In this document: piece by piece, positions 13,981 through 25,866 of the stretch
Numbering within the stretch: position 1 is the first letter of the stretch
Layout: every line of letters starts with the position of its first letter
DNA from: an uncultured Gemmatimonadaceae bacterium
Lineage (GTDB): Bacteria; Gemmatimonadota; Gemmatimonadetes; Gemmatimonadales; Gemmatimonadaceae
Direction of reading: 5' to 3'
Assembly (NCBI GenBank): GCA_963716745.1
Contig: OY970320.1
Coordinates: 736,001-800,000 of the forward strand
DNA: 64,000 bases
Made by a program: the position numbers and the translations under genes
Notes under the pieces: model-generated
Databases searched by the model: none
Told to the model about the DNA's origin: nothing
Seen by the model: only the letters and a program-made list of their open reading frames with translations

Positions 13981-14153
13981 TGCAGAAGCGACTACAGTCG
14001 ACAGTCTACAGCTCACAGATCACAGTGGTGGCATGACAACAAATGGCATTATAGCAAACCGGCGCCGAGTAGGCGCCGGTTTTTCGTTCTCTGTGACCTG
14101 TTGACTGTAGACTGTCGACTGGCGGTCACTCGTGACTGTTTACTGTTCACTGC
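13981..14153. repeat. Heptamer-hairpin family A element (degenerate left arm, full right arm 14091-14153)
   Basis: CTGTGACCTGTTGACTGTAGACTGTCGACTGGCGGTCACTCGTGACTGTTTACTGTTCACTGC. Confidence 0.85.
14056..14084 (+). terminator. Intrinsic terminator
   Basis: AAACCGGCGCC-gagta-GGCGCCGGTTTTT. Confidence 0.8.
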
Positions 14154-14224
14154 AAGCTTGGATGCCCTGGTGATGACGTTGCAGTCGAATTGACACCACG
14201 CCCAATCCCGCCCATGCTCAACCC

Positions 14225-14692
14225 ATGACCTGCAAACACTGCGGCAAAGAAATCAGCCCCGACGATAAGATCTGCCCCCACTGCCACGAAGATCTCGTCA
14301 AGAACGCCGGGCGCGGATCATCCTCCACCGCCGCGAAGATCGTGGTCGGCTGCGCCTTCGCGATCGCCGGCGTCTTCGTGATCGGCATCTTCGCCGCCAT
14401 CGCGATCCCGAAATTCGCGAACACGAAAGAGAAAGCCTACGTCGCGTCCATGCGGCAGAATCTCTTCGACCTGCGCACCGCCGAGGAGACTTATCGCGCC
14501 GCGCACGGCATGTTCACGAACGATACGACGCTGGTGCCGCGATCGGGCGCGAACTCGCTCAAATTCACGTCGATCCACCAGGCCGGCTGGGCCGCAGAGA
14601 TCAGCAACCCCGCCACGGCCATCACGTGCGAGATCGGCGTCGGAAGCGATTCCATCCCGAACGTCGGTGACGGCGTCGTGCGCTGCCAGTAG
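14225..14692 (+). CDS. Zinc-ribbon + type IV pilin-like protein
   Basis: CKHC..CPHC, TM helix, AAIAIPKFANTKEKAYVASM pilin-like helix, two C-terminal Cys. Confidence 0.7.
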   Translation: MTCKHCGKEISPDDKICPHCHEDLVKNAGRGSSSTAAKIVVGCAFAIAGVFVIGIFAAIAIPKFANTKEKAYVASMRQNLFDLRTAEETYRAAHGMFTNDTTLVPRSGANSLKFTSIHQAGWAAEISNPATAITCEIGVGSDSIPNVGDGVVRCQ

Positions 14693-14699
14693 GGGAAGC

Positions 14700-14729
14700 G
14701 AGAACGGCGCCCATCAGGGCGCCGTTCTC
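14700..14729. terminator. Hairpin between convergent genes
   Basis: GAGAACGGCGCCC-atca-GGGCGCCGTTCTC. Confidence 0.7.
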
Positions 14730-14740
14730 ATGTCTCCTGA

Positions 14741-14788
14741 TGACTGTAGACTGTACGACTGTCGACTGGATCACTGTTGACTGTTCAC
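14741..14788. repeat. Degenerate family A single arm
   Basis: TGACTGTAGACTGTACGACTGTCGACTGGATCACTGTTGACTGTTCAC. Confidence 0.75.
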
Positions 14789-14793
14789 CGCCG

Positions 14794-15957
14794 TTATTTT
14801 CGCTTCGGCCGCTGATCCGCCTTGAACAAATACACCGATTTTACGAGACGCGGTCCGTTCGCATCACACACCGCCATACTACTCCCCTCATACGCACTCG
14901 CCACCGAATACTCTCCCTTCTTGTTCAACGCATAGAACTCAAGATTGAACCACGGCCGGCCCTTCTCATCCAGCAACCGCGCCTCCGTCATCGCGAGCAC
15001 ACGCTCCATCACTTTCATCAGCGACTGCTCCGGCGACATCCCCTGGCGCATGAACTCCACCGCCAGGAATCCGCCGCACACTTTGATATTCGCCTCGCCG
15101 CGGCCGGTCGATCCGGCGGCGCCCACTTCGTTGTCGCAATACTGTCCCGCGCCCACGATCGGCGAATCGCCCACGCGCCCGGGGATCTTCCACGCGAGCC
15201 CGCTCGTGGTGGTGACGCTCGCAATGTCGCCGCTCGCCGTCACCGCGTCCATATTGATCGTCCCCCACGTATACGGCACGCCGCGCTCGTCGTAGCTCAC
15301 ATGTGACGTCGGATCCTCCGGCCGCGGCAGCATCGCGCCGCGCGGCGCGCCCGGCGCGGGCGGCTGCTCCAGCCAATTGTCGTACGCATTGAGCCCGGCC
15401 TTCCACTTCAGCCAATCTTTCCGGCTCTTCTCGGTGAGCAGATTCTCTTCCTTGAATCCCATCTCCAGCGCGAATTGCTTCGCGCCCGCGCCCACGAGGA
15501 AGATGTGATCGGTGTAGTCCATCACCGCCTTCGCGACGAGCGACGGCGTCGCGATCCCCTCGAGCGCGCCCACCGCGCCGGCGCGCTTGGTGGGTCCGTG
15601 CATGCACGACGCATCGAGCTGCACGACGCCCTCTTCATTGGGAAGTCCGCCCAGGCCCACCGACTGATCGTCCGGATTCAACTCGACGATGTTCACACCG
15701 GCGATGATCGCGTCGAGCGGATCGGCGCCCTTGGCGAGCAGATCGTACGCCACCTTGATCCCTTGCTTGCCGTTCGCGTCGGTGGTGAAACCGTTCGCCG
15801 CCGAGATCACGACCGGGCGCGACGCGGGCGCGGCGCGCCGGAGATCAGCGCGGTCGAAGAGGGAGATGACCGGTTGCGCGTTCGCATCGCGCGGGAGCGC
15901 GAGTCCGGCGGCGGCCGCCGCACCGGCGCCCAGGAAATGACGACGAGAGATGGACAT
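14794..15957 (-). CDS. Tat-exported N4-(beta-N-acetylglucosaminyl)-L-asparaginase (Ntn hydrolase)
   Basis: SRRHFL Tat motif, SVGLGGLP, LDASCM, GTI nucleophile, GRVGDSPI. Confidence 0.9.
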   Translation of the reverse strand: MSISRRHFLGAGAAAAAGLALPRDANAQPVISLFDRADLRRAAPASRPVVISAANGFTTDANGKQGIKVAYDLLAKGADPLDAIIAGVNIVELNPDDQSVGLGGLPNEEGVVQLDASCMHGPTKRAGAVGALEGIATPSLVAKAVMDYTDHIFLVGAGAKQFALEMGFKEENLLTEKSRKDWLKWKAGLNAYDNWLEQPPAPGAPRGAMLPRPEDPTSHVSYDERGVPYTWGTINMDAVTASGDIASVTTTSGLAWKIPGRVGDSPIVGAGQYCDNEVGAAGSTGRGEANIKVCGGFLAVEFMRQGMSPEQSLMKVMERVLAMTEARLLDEKGRPWFNLEFYALNKKGEYSVASAYEGSSMAVCDANGPRLVKSVYLFKADQRPKRK

Positions 15958-16002
15958 GAGCCCTGACGGTGAGAGACTCGCTGAGTCTACCGCCGGCGCC
16001 CG

Positions 16003-16497
16003 TCAGCGGCTAGACGGCAGCAGCATGCAGGTGCAGGTCCCGTGCGCTACCAGCTTCCCGCGCGCGTCGAACGCGCGTCCCTCCGACGTCGCGCTACGCC
16101 TGCCCGCGTGCACCACTTTGCCCTCGGCGCGCACCACGCCGCTCTCCACCGTCAGCGGCCGCACGAAATGGATGTGCAGATCGGTCGTGGTATAGCTCAT
16201 ACCGCCCTCGAGCGTGGACCACAGCGCGCAGCCCATCACCGTGTCGAGCAGCCCGCTCACCACGCCGCCGTGCGCGATACCCAATGGATTGTAGTGGAAC
16301 TCACCCACGTTCAGCTCGAACACGACCCGCCCCTTCTCGAGCTCGACACCGCGCATGCCGATCAACTCCGTGTATGGCGGAACCGGCAATGTCCCGTCAC
16401 GCATCGCTTGCAGGATCTCGAGTCCGCTCAGATGCGCGGACTCCGCGAAGATCTTGGGGTCGTGCCAGGTGATGGTGCGTTTCCGCTCGGAGGCCAT
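16003..16497 (-). CDS. PaaI family thioesterase
   Basis: YNPLGIAHGG..LLDTVMGC hotdog motif. Confidence 0.9.
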   Translation of the reverse strand: MASERKRTITWHDPKIFAESAHLSGLEILQAMRDGTLPVPPYTELIGMRGVELEKGRVVFELNVGEFHYNPLGIAHGGVVSGLLDTVMGCALWSTLEGGMSYTTTDLHIHFVRPLTVESGVVRAEGKVVHAGRRSATSEGRAFDARGKLVAHGTCTCMLLPSSR

Positions 16498-16524
16498 GGC
16501 GATGACGAAGGGGACGGGAGTCTG

Positions 16525-16623
16525 AACTACAGACCTAGACGCTAGACCTAGACGCTAGAATACAAAGGCGTTGCAGTTCGTGGTTGCAGTCTAGCGTCTA
16601 GGTCTAGCGTCTAGGTCTGCAGT
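16525..16623. repeat. Heptamer palindrome, CTAGAC[C/G] units
   Basis: AGACCTAGACGCTAGACCTAGACGCTAG ... CTAGCGTCTAGGTCTAGCGTCTAGGTCT. Confidence 0.85.
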
Positions 16624-17382
16624 GCATCGAGAAATTTCCTGACCGCCTTGAGATCGATCGCTCTCCTGACGCGCGCAGTATCCTTCGCATCAAAGATCGC
16701 ATAGGCCTCGTCGCAATACTTCGCGAAGAAGGCCCACGTCATTCTGATGCTTGCGCCCCCACGTCACGCACACGGGGCCGAGCGTCGTGTAGCCGGGCAC
16801 GTGCACATAGTGTCCGCCCCATGAATTCACCGCGCCGGTAGGGCCGGCCACGACGTCCCACGGTTTGCCCGCCTGGAATTGCGCCTGCGCCGAGATCGGA
16901 AGACCGAGCCCGAGCCCGACGCCGACGTCGAGCACGATCGCCTGCTTGATCTGATTGCGCACGGAACGATCGAGCTCGGAGAACGCCTGGATTCGATACC
17001 GCTTCGCGGCGGCGAGCCAGCCGGACGAACGCCATTCCTTGAGCGAGTCGAGCACGACGAGTCCGCTGTCAGGACCGCCCGTCTCCTTGAAATATTCGCG
17101 CGTGACATCGCCGTCGGAGATCGCGATGATCTTCCCCTGCTCCACCAACTCGAAGCGCAGCGTCTGATGCGCGCGCCCGGCGATCACACAATCGCCATAC
17201 TGATCGTTCGCGAAGATCGGCGTCGGCACGCCCGGATGCTTCACATCGAAATCATACTCGGCCGGCAACGTCGGCGCCGCGCGAAGTACGCTCGCGAACT
17301 GAAGATTTCGCCGATCCCGCTTAGCGCGTTGCTTCCCGAGCCGATAGAGCGGATTCCGAGAAAGCCCTTTGCTCTTTCGCAT
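16611..17382 (-). CDS. Hypothetical, possible cysteine-peptidase-like protein (frameshift near 16745)
   Basis: NDQYGDCVIAG, WGGHYV, VTWG motifs. Confidence 0.6.
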
Positions 17383-17420
17383 AGCCCCCTCCCACCCGAA
17401 GGAAGCAGCAGTTCCTGAGA

Positions 17421-17478
17421 ACTGTAGACTGTCGACTGTTGACTGTCGACTCGATCACTGTTGACTGTTCACTGCAGT
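17421..17478. repeat. Degenerate family A single arm
   Basis: ACTGTAGACTGTCGACTGTTGACTGTCGACTCGATCACTGTTGACTGTTCACTGC. Confidence 0.8.
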
Positions 17479-17479
17479 T

Positions 17480-19051
17480 CTAAGCGTGCTTGTGCTTCAA
17501 CACTTCCCTGGCCGCGAGGAACCCCGCCCCTCCCGCGATCCCTCCGCCCGGATGCGTCCCACTCCCACACAAGAACAGCCCCAGCACGGGCGTAGCATAC
17601 CGACTACTCCCCGCCACCGGCCGCATGAACAATATCTGATCCAACGTCAACTCGCCGTGATACACATTCCCCTCGGGCAGCGAATACTCCCGCTCGAGAT
17701 CCAACGGCGTCAGCACCTGCTTCGCGACCACCATTCGCGAGATCCCAGGCGCATACTCCTCGAGCGTCGCCATCACGCGATTCCCCAGCGCTTCACGCCC
17801 CGCGACGTCCCACTCACCATCCCGCAGTTTGTACGGCGCGTATTGCATGTGCACACTCACAACACTCTTCCCCGCCGGCGCCAACGTCGCATCCGCGAGC
17901 GATGGTATCCGCACCTGCAGATACGGCTTCTCCGAAACGCGTCCGTACTTCGCATCATCGTACGCGCGCTCGAGGTAATTGAGATCCGGCGCGATCACGA
18001 TCGTCTCGTCACCCGTCGCGCCGGCGAACTTCGGCACGCCGTCGAGCGCAAGATTCACCTTCGCCCACGCGCCCTTGTACTTGATGTTCCCCACCGCGCT
18101 CGTGAATTCGGGCGAGAGCTGCGACGGATCGCAAAGCGACATGAACGTCGGCCGGGGATCGGCACTCGAGATCACGCGCGGCGCCGCGATCGTGTCGCCA
18201 TTGGCGAGCATGACGCCCGTCGCGCGACCGCCGGTCATGGTCACCTGCTTCACGTCGCGACCCGTCCGTGATCTCCACGCCCGCCGCGCGTGCCGAATCC
18301 GCCAGCGCGCGCGCGATCTCGCCCACGCCGCCTCGCGCCGTCACCGGAGCGTGGAACGCGCCCGCGGCGCGGCCCACCTGATGATGCAGCAGCACGAACG
18401 CCGTTCCGCCCGCGCGAGGACCCTGGAAGATGTGCGTGATCCCGCGCGCGCCCACGATCCCCTTGAGCGCGTCGGTCTCGAACGCATCGTCCAGCACCTC
18501 CTGCACCGACATCGGCACGATGCGCATAAGGTCCACCATCTCGGCCTTGCCGAGCTTCCGAAGCCGGAGCCCCAGCGACGCCGCACTGAACAGATCGCCC
18601 GCGCTCGACGCGTCGATGCTCGGCGCAGGTGCGGAGTACACCGCCTCGAGGAATCCGGCGAGCCGCGCGATCCGCGCCGTGAACACCGGCCAGTGCGCCG
18701 CGTCCTTTGGCGAGATGGCGGCGATCGACGCCGCGGCCTTCGCGACATTCCCATCGAGGCGGAACGACTTTCCGCCCCGCTGCGGCGCGAGCACCGATCC
18801 GCTCGACGGAATGAGCGACGAGCCCGTGCTTCGCGAGTTCCAGATCGCCGATGATCTTCGCCGACAGATACCCCGCGTCGTGCGCGCACGCATCCACCTT
18901 GAATCCAGGCGCCAGCTCGGTGGTCACTGCACTCCCGCCCACGGTGCGCTCGCCGCTCCAGCACGAGCACCTTCAGTCCGCCGCGCGCGAGATAGCCCGC
19001 GGTGACGAGGCCGTTCAGCCCCGCGCCGATGATGATCGCGTCGTAACTCAT
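17480..19051 (-). CDS. Phytoene-dehydrogenase-like (COG1233) FAD oxidoreductase, second paralog (frameshifted)
   Basis: IIIGAGLNGL, LERAYDDAKYG, LCGSGTHPGGG. Confidence 0.88.
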
Positions 19052-20636
19052 GCGTCCTTCAGGATCTCGAGCGCCGCGAGCCGGCCGGAGGCGCCCATGA
19101 TGCCGCCGCCCGGATGCGTGCCCGCGCCGCACTGGTAGAAGCCGCGCACGGGCGTGCGATAGCGCGCCCACTCGGGCGCCGGCCGGAAGAAGAACAGCTG
19201 ATGCAGCGCCAGCTCGCCGCCGAAGATGTTCCCCTCGCTCAAGCCCGGTGATCTCCTCGATCTCGTGCGGCGTGATCACCTGGCGGTGCATGATCGCGCG
19301 TTTGATGTTCGGCGCGAACTGCGCGAGCGTGTTCACCACCGCGTCGCCGAACGCCTCGCGCTTCTGCGCGTTCCAGCCGCCGTTGATGTTCCACGGCGCA
19401 TACTGCACGAAGATCGACATCACGTGCTTGCCCGGCGGCGCCATTCCCGGATCGATCAGCGACGGGATGATGATGTCCATGTACGGCTGCCGCGAGAACT
19501 CGCCGTACTTCGCGTCGTCGTACGCGCGCTCGACATAATCCATGCTCGGACTGATCGACATCGCGCCGCGCAGATGCGGCCCGTTGCCCGGCAGGCAGGT
19601 GAAATCGGGCAATTCGCTGAGCGCGAGATTCACCTTCCCCGACGAGCCGCGGAACTTGAACTTGTCGATCGCGCTCGTGAAATCGTCCGGCAGCTCCTTG
19701 CGGTCGAGCAAGTGCATGAACGTGCGCCGCGGATCGAGTCCGCTCACGATGATCGGCGCCTCGAACTCATCGCCGTTCTCGAGCGCCACACCCGTCGCGC
19801 GGCCGTTCTTCACGATCACTTTCGCGACGCCGGCATTGAGCTTGATCTCCGCGCCGAATGCGCGTGCCGAGCTCGCGATCGCCTCGCTCACACTCCCCGT
19901 GCCGCCCTTCGCGAATCCCCACGCGCGGAAGACGCCGTCGATCTCGCCCATGTAGTGGTGCAGCAGCACGTACGCCGTGCCGGGCGAGCGCGGCCCGAGG
20001 AACGTGCCGATGATCCCGCTCGCCGACTTCGTCGCCTTCAGCACGTCGGTCTCGAACCACTCGTCCAGGAAATCGCTCGCGCTCATGGTCATGAGCTTGT
20101 ACAGCGCGTTGAACTTCACCGCGCCCAGTCCGCGCATGTGCTTGCCGAGTTTGAGCATGCCCATGAGGTCGCGCGGACTCAGCGACGCCGGGTCGGGCGG
20201 CACCATGCGAGATGATCGGCTTCACCGCGCGCGCCATGTGGAACATCAGCTGGCCGTACTCGTCGTACGCGTCCGCATCTCTCTTCGAGTGCCGCAGCAG
20301 CTCGCGCCGCGTGTCGTCGTGGTCGGGCCACTGCGCGAGATAGTCGCCGTTGAGCATCGGCGTCACGGTGCTCTCGAGCGGCAGGATGTGCAGCCCATGG
20401 CTGCGGCAGATCGAGATCGCGGATGATCTCCGGCCGCAGCAGGCTCACGACGTACGAGAACACCGAGAAGGTGAAGCCCGGGAAGACCTGCCGGCTCACC
20501 GCCGCGCCGCCCACCTGGTCGGCCTCTCTCGAGCACGAGCACGCGTCTTGCCGGCGCGCGCGAGGTACGCCGCGTTCACCAATCCGTTGTGCCCGCCGCC
20601 CACGACGATCGCGTCGTACCGCTTCACGGCCGTCAT
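19048..20636 (-). CDS. Phytoene-dehydrogenase-like (COG1233) FAD oxidoreductase, first paralog (frameshifted)
   Basis: IVVGGGHNGL, YVLLHHYMG, VERAYDDAKYG, QCGAGTHPGGG. Confidence 0.88.
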
Positions 20637-21824
20637 GCCTTCTTCCTCGGCGGGTCGAAGAATGGCGTCGCCACCGCTTTCGCGGCCGCGCGCTTGCGAA
20701 CGTGCTCCACCGTGACCTCCATCTCCAGCGGCGCGCCCGCTGTGAAGTGCGGCGTGCGCACGTGCGCGAGCGCGATGTACTTCTTGAGCAGCGGGCTCCA
20801 GCTCCCGCTGGTCGCGTAGCCCACCTGCGAGCCTCCCGCGTACACCGGCACGCTCGTGCGCCACGCCGTGTTCGGCAGACGCGGCGGCAATCCCGCCTCG
20901 GCGTACAGTCCCTCGAGCGAATCCCAATCCACTTCGATGCCGGTGAGACGCCACTCGGGGCCGCGCGCGACTTCCGCCGCCAGCGCGTCCTTGCCCACGA
21001 ACCAGGGCTTCTTGAGATCCACGCTCCACGCGAGGTTGAGCTCGAAGGGCGAGGATTTCTGCGCCTCGATCATCGCGCGATGCGAGGAGAAGTAATCGAC
21101 CTCGATGAGCACCAGGCCCGCCTCGATGCGCACCATGTCCAGCGCGAGCATGCCCGACGGGATGATCCCGTACGGAACGCCCGCGGCCCAGAGCGCATCC
21201 CAGAGCGGCAGCGCCTGCGCCGCATCCACCCAGATCTCGTAGCCGAGGTCGCCGGTATAGCCGGTGCGCGAGATCGTGATCGGGAATGCCGCGCGCTTTG
21301 CGTGTGCACGAGTCGGAAATACTTGAGCCCCGAGAGATCGCTCTCGGTGAGCTGCTCGAGGATCGCGCGCGACGTGGGGCCCTGCAGCGCGAGCGCCGCC
21401 GTCTTCTCGGAGACATCCTCGATCGTGACGTCCATGCCGATCGCGTTCCGCGAGAGCCAGAGGATGCTCGGATCGGCGGAGGTCATGCGGAACGTGCGCT
21501 CGTCGAGGCGCGAGATCGTGCCGTCGTCGATCACTTTCCCGTGCGAATCGCACCAGCACGTGTAGCCGACCTGGCCCACCTTCATCTTCATCACGTCGCG
21601 CGTGACGACGCGGTCGAGCAGCCGCGCCGCGTCGCGGCCGCCGATCGAGATACTTGTAGAGCGGCGTGACATCGATCAGCCCCGCCGAGCTCCGGATCGC
21701 GTGGTATTCGCGATCGTGCACGAGATCGTACTGGCTGGCCGCGACATACCCGGCCCAGCGCCGCCACGATTGGCTGACGCACAGGGCGGACGGTGCGCGA
21801 GTGAAATGGGGTCTGTTTGAGCAT
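20633..21824 (-). CDS. Aminomethyltransferase (GcvT-like) family protein (frameshifted)
   Basis: LKQTPFH, GKVIDDG, ALQGP, SRTGYTGDLGYE, RIEAG, TPFFDP. Confidence 0.9.
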
Positions 21825-21887
21825 TTTGGCTCGCGGAACTTACTCGGTGCGACTGGGACTCGCGAGCTTTTCGCCGTTCGGCGCGAC

Positions 21888-21992
21888 TGACGGGAAGCGG
21901 GACGCGGGACTCGCCGCGGGATGCGAACTGCGCGCGGAGCTCCTCGGGTGGTTCTCGCGTCCCGCGGCGCGTCCCGCGTCCCGCGTCCCGCG
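21888..21992. repeat. Heptamer palindrome, GCGGGAC/GTCCCGC units
   Basis: Visible inverted tandem heptamers, intergenic. Confidence 0.7.
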
Positions 21993-21995
21993 TAG

Positions 21996-24417
21996 TTACT
22001 CCGCTCTTAGCGCCTCATTCGGATCCACCCGCGCCGCGCGCGCAGCGGGAATCAGTACCGAGAGCGCGGCGACAGCGAGCAGCAGGACCGGAATGGCGAG
22101 GAAGGTCAGCCCATCCAGCGGCGCCACGCCGTACAGCACCGAGCCCAGGAATCGCGTGAGCAGCGCGGCCGCCGACGAGTCCCGCGGCGATCCCGCCGGC
22201 GGCCGGCGCGAGGCCCTGCCGCATCACGAGCGCCAGCACGGTCGCGGCGCGCGCGCCGAGCGCGAGCCGGATGCCGATCTCACGCGTGCGCTGGCTCACG
22301 GCGTACGAGATCACGCCGTAGATCCCTACGGCCGCGAGCAGCAGTGCGAGCGCGGCGAAACCCGCCATGAGCGCCATCGTGAAGCGCTGCTCCTGGGTCG
22401 CGGCGGCGAGCACGTCGCCCAGATGTCTCCACGTGGTTCAGCGGCACATCGGCGTCGATCGCGCGCACGATCGCGCCCACCGGCGTCGCGAGCGCGCGCG
22501 CGTCGCCGCTGGTGCGCGCGACGAGCGTCATCGTGCGCCGCGGGCTCCCGAACGTATTGCCCCACTGCGCGTGCGGAACGAAGAACTTGCGCTTCACCGG
22601 CGTGGTGAGCGACTGATGGTGCACGTCGCCGATGACGCCGACGATCGTGCGCCACGGTTCGTTGGGCCCGCCGATCCGGATCCGGTGTCCGAGCGGATCC
22701 TCATCGTGGAAATACTCTCGCGCGAGCGTCTCGTTCACCGCGATCACGAGCACGCCGTCCAGCCGGTCCGTCGCCTCGATGCCGCGGCCGCGCACGACGC
22801 GCTCCTGCATCGCGTCGAAATAGCCCGGCGTCACGACCTGCCAGTCCGCGCTCAGTCCGTTCGCCTTCGGGATCCTGCGGGCGCCCCTCGATCGCCATCC
22901 CGGCATCGCCCATGTCGGTCGCCAGCGGCAGCTGCCGCACGAATCCGGCGGCCTGCACGCCGGGCAGTTCCCGCACGCGCTCGGCCACCTGGTCGTAGAA
23001 ATCCGCCACCGAGGCGGGCGTCGGATACCGCATCGCCGGCAGCGAGAGTTCGAGCGTGAGCGCGTTGCGCGCCGCGAATCCCGGATCGATCCGCCGCAGA
23101 TTCGCGAAGCTTCGGATCGTGAGTCCGGCGCCGATCACGAGCAGCACCGCGAGCGCCATCTCGGCCGCCACCAGCAGCGAGCGGCCGCGCATGCGCGCCG
23201 CGCCGCCGCTCTGCCCGCGCGCGCCGTCGCGCAGCGCATCCTGCAGATCGATCCCGGCGCCGCGCACCGAGGGCAGCAGGCCGAACAGCGAGGCCGGTGC
23301 CCACGGACAGCACAAGCGTCACGGCGACCACGCGCCAATCCACCGAGAGATCCGCGAGGCGCGGCACCGAGGCCGGCGCGCGCGCCACGAGCAGGCGCAC
23401 GCCCGCCCACGCGAGCGCGAGCCCGAGCGCGCCGCCCGCGCCGCAGAGGATCACGCTCTCGCCGAGCGCCAGCCGCACGAGGTCGCTCTGTCCCGCGCCG
23501 AGCGCCGAGCGCACCGCGATCTCGCGGCGCCGCGCATCGGCGCGCGTGAGGATGAGATTCGCGACGTTCGCGCACGTGAGCAGCAGCAGCAGCGCGACCG
23601 CGGCGGAGAGCACCAAGAGCGCGCGCGACGCGCTGCCCGCAATGTCGGCGGGCAACGGCACCGCGAATGCGGTGAATTGCATCGACACTGGATAGAGCCC
23701 CTGCTCCGTCCACTGTCGCGCGAGCGCCGCGACCTGCGCACTCGCGGCCGGCGCACCGAACCCCGGCTTGAGCCGCCCCACGGCGTACAGGTAGTGACTG
23801 CCGTGATCGCGCATGCCGGCATCGATGCCCAGCGGCTGCACGAGCTGCGTCGTGGCGAGCCCTTTGAACTCGAGCGGGAACTTGAAGCCGCGCGGCAGGA
23901 TCCCCACCACCTGCTGCGGCTTGGCGTTCACATCGATCATCCGGCCGATGATCGACGCATCACCGCCGTAGCGCCGCTGCCACAGATCGTACGAGAGCAT
24001 CACGACCGCCGGCGCCTTCGGTACATCTTCCGCCGACGTGAACGAACGGCCGAGCGCCGCCGGCGTGCCGAGCACCTCGAGCATGTTCGACGTCATCTGC
24101 GTCACGCCCACGCTCTCGGGTCCGCCATCGCCGGTGAGCGTCGCGTCGTTCTCCGTGCTCCATGCCGCCACATCCTGGAACGCCCCCGCCTCCTTGTAGC
24201 CGAGGTAGTCGCCCTCCGCGAGCCACGTCTTGTCGAAATTCACCCACTTGCTCCAGATCAGCGCGAGCCGCTCCGGCTCCCGATACGGCAGCGGCTTGAG
24301 CAGCACCGCATTCACGACCGAGAAGATCGCCGAGTTCGCCCCGATCCCGAGCGCGAGGGTCAGGATGACGACGGCGCAGAAGGCGGGGCGTTTTGCAAGA
24401 GAGCGGAGAGATTGCAT
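21996..24417 (-). CDS. ABC permease, MacB/FtsX duplicated orphan (ADOP) type (frameshifted)
   Basis: [44 protein letters not shown]. Confidence 0.9.
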
Positions 24418-24494
24418 CTGAGGCTCGGGCGCTAGGGTGCTTCTTGGACCATTCGCGCGGTCGGAAAGGTTGGCTGGGTTGCCAACGGCGGATT

Positions 24495-24569
24495 GTCGAC
24501 TGTCGGCTGTCGCCTGCGAACCTCTCTCGTCGTAGCAGGCGACAGCCGACAGCCAACAGCCCGCAGTCA
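24495..24569. repeat. Heptamer palindrome, CGACAGC units (also 12934-12957 and 51272-51293)
   Basis: GACTGTCGGCTGTCGCCTGC ... GCAGGCGACAGCCGACAGCCAACAGC. Confidence 0.7.
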
Positions 24570-24574
24570 AGAAA

Positions 24575-25498
24575 TCAGAACCAAAGCACTTGGTATCCCA
24601 CCCCGAACGTCTGGAACTTCGATCCCACGCGCGCGCTCGCGCCGTCGGAGTAGTTGAATTTCACTTGCTGGCCCTTGCCGACGGTGATCGCGGCAATGAG
24701 GCCGATGCGTGAGTTGTCCTGGCGCGCCGTGGTGGGGCCGCCATTCACTTGCGTGCCTCCGCCGGAGTAGTAGGTGCCGTCGGCCGCCACCCAGATCCAC
24801 TTCGCGAACGTATAGCTCACGTGCGCTTGCAGCGAGGTGAGCGGATCCTGCGTGCGCTTGGCCGTGCCGGGATAGAAATCGTAGTTGGGCGCGAAGAGCC
24901 ATACCCCGGCGTAGAGGTCCAGGTAGAGTTTCTTGTTGAAATTGTACGACGCGCCGACCTCCGGCTTCCATGCCCATCGGTTGGTCCCGACGTTGATCAG
25001 GTGCTGCGGATCGTACTGTCCCGTCGGCACTGCGAACGCGCGAGACTCGCGCCGAAAATGAATCGACTGGCGGGCGTGCACGCGAATTTCTGCGGCGTGA
25101 GCGCCGGGACTGCCGATGATGTTCAGCGATACTTTGACTCGCGCGTCCCCGATGCCGGCGCGACTGACGGCGCTGTCAGTGGTCCCACCCACCTTGCCGC
25201 TCAGGTAGCCCCACGCATAGGGCAGCACCGCAGTGAACAACCCCTGCATGTGCCCGATCGCGAAGGTCTGCCCGATGCCGACGGCGACGTTGCGCACATC
25301 GGCCTTCACATCCGTGATCGGCACCGACGGATCGAAGATGATGTCGCCGGTAGAAATCCCATAGGCGACCGCCGCGAAGTGCGCGCCCACCGGCGACGCC
25401 GAGTACGACCGCGGCTCGAGTTCCTGCGCGGCCGCGCGATTACCGAGGCTCACGGCGGCGGCGATCACGAGCGCGCAGCGGGAGGAAGTATGCATCAC
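24575..25498 (-). CDS. Outer-membrane beta-barrel, MetA-pathway/phenol-degradation-like (frameshifted)
   Basis: [26 protein letters not shown]-terminal aromatic F. Confidence 0.8.
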   Translation of the reverse strand: MMHTSSRCALVIAAAVSLGNRAAAQELEPRSYSASPVGAHFAAVAYGISTGDIIFDPSVPITDVKADVRNVAVGIGQTFAIGHMQGLFTAVLPYAWGYLSGKVGGTTDSAVSRAGIGDARVKVSLNIIGSPGAHAAEIRVHARQSIHFRRESRAFAVPTGQYDPQHLINVGTNRWAWKPEVGASYNFNKKLYLDLYAGVWLFAPNYDFYPGTAKRTQDPLTSLQAHVSYTFAKWIWVAADGTYYSGGGTQVNGGPTTARQDNSRIGLIAAITVGKGQQVKFNYSDGASARVGSKFQTFGVGYQVLWF

Positions 25499-25866
25499 GA
25501 ATTATGTCCACAGCGGCAACGCGACGTAAGGAGCGCGCTGAGAAGTTCTCCGGCGCATGAATCCCGCCCTCTCGCCAGCCCGACCAATGAGGCAGCCCGC
25601 ACGGTGGACGCTCGAACTCGCCGGCGGGCTGATGCGCATAGCGAGATGCGCGCTGCAGTCCCGCAGCGTGCGCAGAATCGGCGGTAGTGCGCAGAACCGG
25701 GCCCCACCGCCGCAGGGAGCGCGCCGGACCCCAGCGCAGCCGCGATAGCGAGAAGCGAGAGACTCGCGGCGTAGTGTGCCGCGAGGTTCGAAGCGGTTTG
25801 AGCGAAAGCGGTCTGCGCTGGGGTCCGTCGCGCGACCGCGCTCGCGATGATGGCAGTTCCTACTTC

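Noticed and set aside
17480..20636. Carotenoid biosynthesis cluster
   Set aside because: No crtB/crtE/crtY; coupling to a GcvT-like gene suggests another role
25703..25846. Structured ncRNA in the GC-rich imperfect palindrome
   Set aside because: Pairing (GGACCCCAGCGCAG/CTGCGCTGGGGTCC) is visible, but there is no recognisable family or second copy
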